Below are positions 19,108 to 24,920 of a DNA stretch of 39,986 nucleotides, piece by piece. Origin of the DNA: Acidimicrobiia bacterium (GTDB lineage: Bacteria > Actinomycetota > Acidimicrobiia > Spongiisociales > SHLN01). The notes under the pieces were generated by a model. It saw only the letters and a program-made list of their open reading frames with translations, was not told where the DNA came from and searched no databases. Every line of letters begins with the position of its first letter. Within the stretch, counting starts at the first letter, position 1. The stretch lies in the NCBI GenBank assembly GCA_029862065.1, contig JAOTYB010000003.1, positions 1-39,986 on the forward strand. The letters are read 5' to 3'. Both the position numbers and the translations under genes were made by a program.

Positions 19108-19746
19108 TCAGAACTCCGCCTTGAGCGCATTGAGGAATCCGACCAGGTCGTTAACTGTGTCCACCATGGTGTCAGGTGAGCGTTCCATGTTGAGTGTCCA
19201 ATATTGGATACCTGAGGTTCCTACCTCGGCTCTGGGATAAGCCTCGAACGCATCCTTGACAGTTGGCGAGGCGTGAAGGCGCATCCGCAGGGCGTTCTTT
19301 TCGCTCTCAGAAAGCAGGTCGGCCTCGTTGTGATCGAAAGTGCCGACCCGATACACGGTGTTGTCGTTGACAAGCGCGATCTGGACCTCGATGCCGTTAA
19401 CGCGGCCTTCGAGGCCGAACGGCTTAGCCTTGGATGTCAGTCCAAGTCTTTGACCTGCTTTCTCCCACTCCTCGTGCCTTGCCTTCTTGCTCAGTACCAG
19501 TTCTAGCTGTCGTCGGATTCCCAGCCGTTGCACAGACCTCTCACGGTCCTCTGCGTAGATCCGCCAGCTTTTGAAGGCGGCCACATAGGCCAAGATCGCG
19601 ATTAGAAAACTCTGGGCGGAGCGCAAACCTGCCAACCCAACAACCACGAAAACGCTACCAATGACGAGCAGGATCAGCACGCGGGGCCGCGTTACTGAAC
19701 GCCACCAGTCATTTGCACCGCCTAACCTCTCCACTTTGTTCGCCAT
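19108..19746 (-). CDS. hypothetical membrane protein (two N-terminal TM helices plus soluble domain)
   Basis: ATG 19746 preceded by GGAAGGAGGG RBS; hydrophobic segments VLILLVIGSVFVVVGLAGL and FLIAILAYVAAF; visibly more A/T-ending codons than its neighbours. Confidence 0.75.
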   Translation of the reverse strand: MANKVERLGGANDWWRSVTRPRVLILLVIGSVFVVVGLAGLRSAQSFLIAILAYVAAFKSWRIYAEDRERSVQRLGIRRQLELVLSKKARHEEWEKAGQRLGLTSKAKPFGLEGRVNGIEVQIALVNDNTVYRVGTFDHNEADLLSESEKNALRMRLHASPTVKDAFEAYPRAEVGTSGIQYWTLNMERSPDTMVDTVNDLVGFLNALKAEF

Positions 19747-19863
19747 ATAAGACCCTCCTTCCCGGAACCGCGCTACACCAACGGCCAAGGGCCCGCCCAC
19801 GTCCTAGGACGCAGCCGAGGGCTGCTTTCCACGAAAAGTAAGCGGAACGCCGGAGGCCGGATA

Positions 19864-19909
19864 AGGGCCAGAAGCCACAATCTGTGAGGGTCAGAAGCCA
19901 CAAAAAGTG
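19864..19909. repeat. two tandem 23-bp imperfect repeats (operator/iteron-like)
   Basis: AGGGCCAGAAGCCACAATCTGTG (19864-19886) and AGGGTCAGAAGCCACAAAAAGTG (19887-19909), 19/23 identical. Confidence 0.8.
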
Positions 19910-20052
19910 AGATAGTGAACGACTCACAACCCACACAGATCGGCACATATTGAGTGGGAACCAGCTCTCCCACACCGCCAAGCGTCCGGGATCCAACCGT
20001 CACCTCTCGACCGAAATCTGCCAACTGGTGAGCAGTGTTTCGCCAACCCTCT

Positions 20053-20103
20053 TACAATCGGCGTGGGCATCAAGGAAGCGGAGTACATGCCGAAATTGTT
20101 CCT
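20053..20103 (+). promoter_or_regulatory. sigma-28-like promoter (TCAA-N15-GCCGAAAT) plus an upstream TACAAT -10 hexamer for the SpoIID gene
   Basis: TACAAT 20053-20058; TCAA 20070-20073; GCCGAAAT 20089-20096; 7 nt; ATG 20104. Confidence 0.6.
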
Positions 20104-22227
20104 ATGAGAACTCACCTAGCCGCGCGCGCTGGGCGCTGGCTCGGCATCGGGCTTGCTCTGTCGTTGGTGCTGCTCCCGGCTCCGGCATCGGCCGCCGACC
20201 CGAGCGAGCCAACCGAGCCCACGTTCACCTTCACAGGTGGCGGGTACGGCCACGGCACCGGCATGAGCCAGTACGGCGCCCAGGGTCAGGCACTGGAAGG
20301 ACGCAGTTGGCAAACCATCCTCAGCACCTACTTCACGGGGGTGGACTTCGCCCTGCTTCGCACCAGCCCGGCCCCCGGTCAGATCGGAGATGAGGGCCCG
20401 TTGTGGGTGGGACTCGGACAGGACCTCACCCACCAGGAAATCCGCATCTGGCCGATCGCCGAAAACCCCACCGCGGTAACCGTGACCCGCGGCGCCGAGA
20501 GCATCGCCGTCCTCCCCGGTCCCGACAACATCCTCACGTTCGACTTCACGCCCTCCGGCTGCACCTTCAGCGTGGCGGGCGTCAGCTGGCCGGCCGGCGC
20601 CTGCCACTTCGACATGGAGTGGGACGGCTGGGCCGAATCCCCCACAGTCGCCCTCGACACGACCCTCACCGACTTCGACCCCGAGTGCGATCGGTCCGGC
20701 GAACGCTGCTACTCGCGGGGCAGCATGAAGATCCGCCCCAATGTTGCCGTTGGAGACACCCCGAGCGGGTTCCACCTGGTGGTGAACGTCGACATGGAGG
20801 ACTACCTCTACGGGCTGTTAGAGGTCCCGTACAGCTGGCACCCCCAAGCCCTGGCGGCTCAGGCAGTGGCCGGACGCTCCTACGCCGCCAACAAGCAAGC
20901 ACTGCGAGGCTCCCCCGAGGAGAAGACCATCCGCCAGGAGCTGTGCTGGTGCGAGTTGTACGACTCGACTGTCGATCAGGTGTACGGAGGCTGGGGTCGC
21001 GGCGTGCCGGCCTGGCTGGACGCCGTCGACGCAACCGCCGGAATCGTCCTCTATCACCCGGCCGTGACGGCTCCGTCGTTCCATCCGCGGCCCGGCCAGC
21101 CGGTGGCAGTCCCGACGTTCTATTCCTCCTCCACCTTCGGCCACACCGAAGATTCGGGAGTCGCCTTCGGCGGCTCATTCACCCCCAGCTACCTGGTCGG
21201 CGTCCCCGACCCATGGTCCACCCTCCCTGCAACCGGCAACCCCCTCGGCACCTGGGAGAAGGAAATCACTCGCACCCAGCTAGCCGGCATGGTGGGCCTC
21301 GACACGGTGGATCACGTAGCCGTCGTCTCCTGGTTGCGACAGGGCACCGCCTACCAGAGCGCCTATCAGCTGACCTTTTCCGGGACCAAGAACGGTGAGT
21401 CCGACACCGTTACCCGCTTTGCTCGGCAGCTCAGGACTCCTCTCGGCTTGTGGTCGATGCAGATAACCGGTGTCACAAAATTCGTGCCCGACGGCTGGGT
21501 CGATACCGGCGGAGGCTCAGATGCCCCGGACCAGATCGGCATGCACGACCCGCTCACCGGCCGGTGGCATATTCGCGATGCCGATGGCACCGTCCGCCCC
21601 GCCTTCTACTACGGGGACCCAGGCGACATCCCCCTGACCTGCGATTGGAACTTCGACGGGGTGAGCACCGTCGGCCTCTACCGTCCCACCGCCGGCTTCA
21701 TGCATCTGCGCAACAGCAACGACCTGGGGGTGGCCGATCTCAGCTTCTACTTCGGCATTCCCGAGGACGTGCCAATCTGTGGCGACTGGAACGGAGACGG
21801 CTTCGAAACCATCGGCATCTACCGCCCGTCAACGCGTGTCTTCCACCTGGCCGACACCAACGAAACCAAGTTCGCCGACTACGACGTGGTGCTGGCCGCC
21901 CCCGGGTCGGTTCCGCTGGCCGGGGATTGGAACGGGAACGGCTTCGACACGATTGGCCTGTACGACCCGGTCAGCCGGGTCGTGTCCCTGACCAACTCGT
22001 TGAGCAACCCAACCATCGCCATCAGCTACGACTACAACACCATTCCCGAAGACAAGATCATCACCGGTGATTGGGACGGAGACGGTGACGACACCGTCGG
22101 GGTGTTTCGCCCGCCGGACCTGGCGTCCTATCTTCGAGACGACTTCGTGATGACATCCTCCAACCACCAGATAGAAGACTTCGGCGAGGCTCACTGGACG
22201 CCGGTAGCCGGAGTGTGGGCCGGCTAG
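20104..22227 (+). CDS. secreted SpoIID/LytB-domain protein with C-terminal five-repeat FG-GAP-like propeller module
   Basis: Signal peptide ending PASA-A; GGGYGHGTGMSQYGA; MEDYLYGLLEVPYSWHPQALAAQAVAGRSY; DSTVDQVYGG; FYSSSTFGHTE; YLVGVPDPW; C-terminal GDWNGDG repeats. Confidence 0.88.
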   Translation: MRTHLAARAGRWLGIGLALSLVLLPAPASAADPSEPTEPTFTFTGGGYGHGTGMSQYGAQGQALEGRSWQTILSTYFTGVDFALLRTSPAPGQIGDEGPLWVGLGQDLTHQEIRIWPIAENPTAVTVTRGAESIAVLPGPDNILTFDFTPSGCTFSVAGVSWPAGACHFDMEWDGWAESPTVALDTTLTDFDPECDRSGERCYSRGSMKIRPNVAVGDTPSGFHLVVNVDMEDYLYGLLEVPYSWHPQALAAQAVAGRSYAANKQALRGSPEEKTIRQELCWCELYDSTVDQVYGGWGRGVPAWLDAVDATAGIVLYHPAVTAPSFHPRPGQPVAVPTFYSSSTFGHTEDSGVAFGGSFTPSYLVGVPDPWSTLPATGNPLGTWEKEITRTQLAGMVGLDTVDHVAVVSWLRQGTAYQSAYQLTFSGTKNGESDTVTRFARQLRTPLGLWSMQITGVTKFVPDGWVDTGGGSDAPDQIGMHDPLTGRWHIRDADGTVRPAFYYGDPGDIPLTCDWNFDGVSTVGLYRPTAGFMHLRNSNDLGVADLSFYFGIPEDVPICGDWNGDGFETIGIYRPSTRVFHLADTNETKFADYDVVLAAPGSVPLAGDWNGNGFDTIGLYDPVSRVVSLTNSLSNPTIAISYDYNTIPEDKIITGDWDGDGDDTVGVFRPPDLASYLRDDFVMTSSNHQIEDFGEAHWTPVAGVWAG

Positions 22228-22248
22228 GCCCTAACCTCGCAGCTATTG

Positions 22249-23262
22249 ATGGATACCTCACTCGTCCTGGTCACCCACAACTCCGAAGCCCACATCGAAG
22301 CGTCCCTCGAAATCCTGCTCACCGACCCGCACGGCCCTGATGAGATCATCGTCGTCGACAACGCCTCGACCGACGCCACGATCGGCATCGTTGAGCGGAT
22401 GGGTGTCAAGCTCGTCACGCTCGATGAGAACCATGGCTTTCCCTATGGCTGCAACCTCGGGGCATCGCTCACCCGCGGGGAAGTCATTGCCTTCCTCAAC
22501 CCCGACACCGAGCCCAAGCCAGGATGGCTGCCGCCACTGGTAGCCGCCATCCAGCGCCCGGAGGTGGGAGCCGCCATGCCGGTGATGGACCTCACCTATG
22601 CACCCGACCACTGGTTCACCTCCGGCAGCGCCCTCACCTTTCTCGGCTTCGCCTGGTCTACCAACAGCGGCGACCCCATTCCCAATGGCCTGAGCGAGAT
22701 CGAAGTCCCGTTCGCCTCGGGGGCAGCCTGCGTCATGGACCGGGCACTGTTCGACCACCTTGGCGGGTTCCGCGATGAGTACTTCCTCTATCTCGAAGAC
22801 GTCGACCTCGGGTGGCGGATCCGGCTGATGGGCCTCAAGAGTGTTCAGGTTCCGGAGTCACGAGTGTCTCACGACTACGAGTTTGGACGGCATGAGCGCA
22901 AGATGTACTACCTGGAACGCAACCGCCTCCGCATGGTGTGGGCCAACTACCAGCCATCCACCCTGGCGCTCCTCGCCCCGGCTCTGATCCTGGTGGAGCT
23001 GGCGGTGGTGGCTGCCGCTATCCGGCATGGATGGATGCGGCAGAAAGTCCAGAGCTGGTGGGGGTTCTGGAAGCTGCGCTCGCTGTTGCATCAGGAGGCA
23101 TTGCGATCGCGTTCCATCCGGGAGGTCAGCGACGGCGAGATCCTCGCGTCAATGGATGCTTCCTTCGACGGAATCAATCAGTTCGAAATCCACCCGCTCG
23201 TCAGGTCCTTGAACCGCCTGGCCATTGGCTATCTCAAGCTGGTCCAACGCCTGGTTCGCTAG
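22249..23262 (+). CDS. GT2 glycosyltransferase (WbbL/rhamnosyltransferase-like)
   Basis: VTHNS, VDNASTD, GFPYGCNLG, FLNPD, SGAAC, GGFRDEYFLYLEDVDLGWR, YYLERNR. Confidence 0.9.
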   Translation: MDTSLVLVTHNSEAHIEASLEILLTDPHGPDEIIVVDNASTDATIGIVERMGVKLVTLDENHGFPYGCNLGASLTRGEVIAFLNPDTEPKPGWLPPLVAAIQRPEVGAAMPVMDLTYAPDHWFTSGSALTFLGFAWSTNSGDPIPNGLSEIEVPFASGAACVMDRALFDHLGGFRDEYFLYLEDVDLGWRIRLMGLKSVQVPESRVSHDYEFGRHERKMYYLERNRLRMVWANYQPSTLALLAPALILVELAVVAAAIRHGWMRQKVQSWWGFWKLRSLLHQEALRSRSIREVSDGEILASMDASFDGINQFEIHPLVRSLNRLAIGYLKLVQRLVR

Positions 23263-24473
23263 TCCCAGGCTCCTGCCACCGGAGCCGAGCCGTTCGAACC
23301 GAACGCGACGATGACATCCTGTGCGCTCGGTTCATGACCGAGCAGCAGGTGGAACTCATCAGTGGCCGGGCGCAGATACCCGAGGGTGTCTGACCCATCG
23401 GCGTTCCAGTCGCCAACCACGATCTGATCGCCGGCCAGGATCTCGGTCCGTGGGAGTGCCAGGACGTTGCCCAATCGAGTTCCGCCGTCGGCCAGATACA
23501 CCATGCCGGTTGCGGGGCGGAATAGGCCGACGCTGTGATGGCCGTCGCCGAACCAGTCGCCGGCCAGTGGAACGTCGCCGACCTCGCCAAAGCGGATTTC
23601 GGCATCGGCAAACCCGTAGGAGTTGCTGTTGCGGAGATAGAAGGTCCGATCACTCGGTCGGTAGATGCCGATGGTCTCAAGCCCATCCCCATCCCAATCG
23701 CCACAGAGGGGGATGTCCTCGGGGATCCCGTAGAAGATGGCGACATCGGCAACTCCGAAGTCGTTGCTGTTGCGCAGGTAGAGATACCCGCTCGCGGCGC
23801 GGTACAGACCGACCGTGGTGTCACCGTCTCCATCCCAGTCGCAGGTAACCGGGACGTCGGACGGGACGCCGTAGTAGAAGCTCGACGGGGAGCCGTACAG
23901 CGCCCAGGTGCCGCGGGCGGGGTCGTGCAGGCCGACCCGGTCGGCGCCAGGCGGGAACCGGTAATCGTCGCTCTCGGCGGCGCCGGATAGCCCCTCCGGG
24001 CCACGCATGAACACGACGGTGACGAACATCGAGCCGTCCTCGCGGATCACCACTCCGACGCCCGCATAGTTGGAGTTGCCGACCACGTTGGCCCGGTGGA
24101 CGTCTGATTCCCAGAAGGCCCGATCCAGCCCGCCGACGTCGTAACCCACGCCAACATTCTCGCCAAGGGCGTACCAGTTGGTCGTGACGCTTCCCAGGGC
24201 CGGGTTGTGGCAGATTCGGTCACCGTTCGGACAGTGCCCCTGGGACTGAAACAGGCTGTGGTCGCGGGCGTCGTCCACCAGATCCCAGTAGGGGGCGAGC
24301 GGCGCCAGGCTGGCCTCGGCCCGGCGCTGGTTGATCAATCGCAGGAACTCAGATTCGGCCCAGGCCTCATTGGTGCCGGCGGCTCCGGCCGGCAGGCTCA
24401 CGGCAGACAGCACCATCAACACGGCCGTCATGAGGATGATCATCCGCCGAACTAACACCGGGGGGCCTAGCAC
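23259..24473 (-). CDS. secreted CAP (SCP/PR-1) domain protein with C-terminal five-repeat FG-GAP-like propeller module
   Basis: Signal peptide; LINQRR..LAPL, ARDHS, HN, GENVG, SDVHRAN, GVGV; four GDW-type repeats plus a split fifth. Start GTG 24473 or ATG 24443. Confidence 0.88.
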   Translation of the reverse strand: MLGPPVLVRRMIILMTAVLMVLSAVSLPAGAAGTNEAWAESEFLRLINQRRAEASLAPLAPYWDLVDDARDHSLFQSQGHCPNGDRICHNPALGSVTTNWYALGENVGVGYDVGGLDRAFWESDVHRANVVGNSNYAGVGVVIREDGSMFVTVVFMRGPEGLSGAAESDDYRFPPGADRVGLHDPARGTWALYGSPSSFYYGVPSDVPVTCDWDGDGDTTVGLYRAASGYLYLRNSNDFGVADVAIFYGIPEDIPLCGDWDGDGLETIGIYRPSDRTFYLRNSNSYGFADAEIRFGEVGDVPLAGDWFGDGHHSVGLFRPATGMVYLADGGTRLGNVLALPRTEILAGDQIVVGDWNADGSDTLGYLRPATDEFHLLLGHEPSAQDVIVAFGSNGSAPVAGAWD

Positions 24474-24500
24474 TTTCTGTGGTATTCCTGCTCACGGATA

Positions 24501-24530
24501 GCATCGGAATATGCCGGAATTACTGAAGGG
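24501..24530 (-). promoter_or_regulatory. sigma-28-like promoter (TTCA-N15-TCCGATGC) for the CAP gene
   Basis: Minus strand CCCTTCAGtaattccggcatatTCCGATGC; closely resembles the promoter of the GH26-like gene. Confidence 0.55.
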
Positions 24531-24563
24531 GGCCAACGCCCAACGAACCGCTGTGGGGGGTCA

Positions 24564-24607
24564 GGCATCCGGCATCCGGCATCCGGCATCCGGCATCCGG
24601 CATCCGG
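24564..24607. repeat. 7-bp tandem repeat (GGCATCC)x6
   Basis: Six perfect copies at 24564-24605. Confidence 0.95.
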
Positions 24608-24640
24608 GGCGTTCCCAACAAGACCTATTGACGCAAGACC

Positions 24641-24880
24641 GGAAAGCGAGCGGAGCGAGCGCCTTCCCCCGGAAAGCGAGCAAAGCGAGCGCCGGACACC
24701 GGAAAGCGAGCAAAGCGAGCGCCGGACGCCGAAAAGCGAGCAAAGCGAGCGCCGGACGCCGAAAAGCGAGCAAAGCGAGCGCCGGACGCCGAAAAGCGAG
24801 CAAAGCGAGCGCCGGACACCGGAAAGCGAGCAAAGCGAGCGCCGGACACCGGAAAGCGAGCAAAGCGAGCGCCGGACGCC
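24641..24880. repeat. 30-bp tandem repeat x8 (G(G/A)AAAGCGAGCAAAGCGAGCGCCGGAC(A/G)CC)
   Basis: Eight head-to-tail 30-bp units; the first is divergent; no spacers. Confidence 0.95.
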
Positions 24881-24920
24881 GGTAGCCGGTTAGCCGGTAG
24901 CTGGTAGCCGGTAGCTGGCT
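24881..24920. repeat. degenerate 7-bp tandem repeat GGTAGC(C/T)
   Basis: ggtagcc ggttagcc ggtagct ggtagcc ggtagct ggct, running up to the stop codon of the GH26-like gene. Confidence 0.85.

Larger units (their letters stand above)
19063..19957. repeat. exact 17-bp direct repeats CGGCACATATTGAGTGG flanking a one-gene segment
   Basis: Identical copies at 19063-19079 and 19941-19957. Confidence 0.9.

Noticed and set aside
19955-20100. c-di-AMP (ydaO) riboswitch upstream of the SpoIID wall enzyme
   Set aside because: GGGAACCA is present, but I could not find the other conserved segments or the paired structure; an Rfam scan would settle it.
24641-24880. 30-bp repeat array as a CRISPR array
   Set aside because: Units are head-to-tail with no unique spacers, and no cas genes are in the window.
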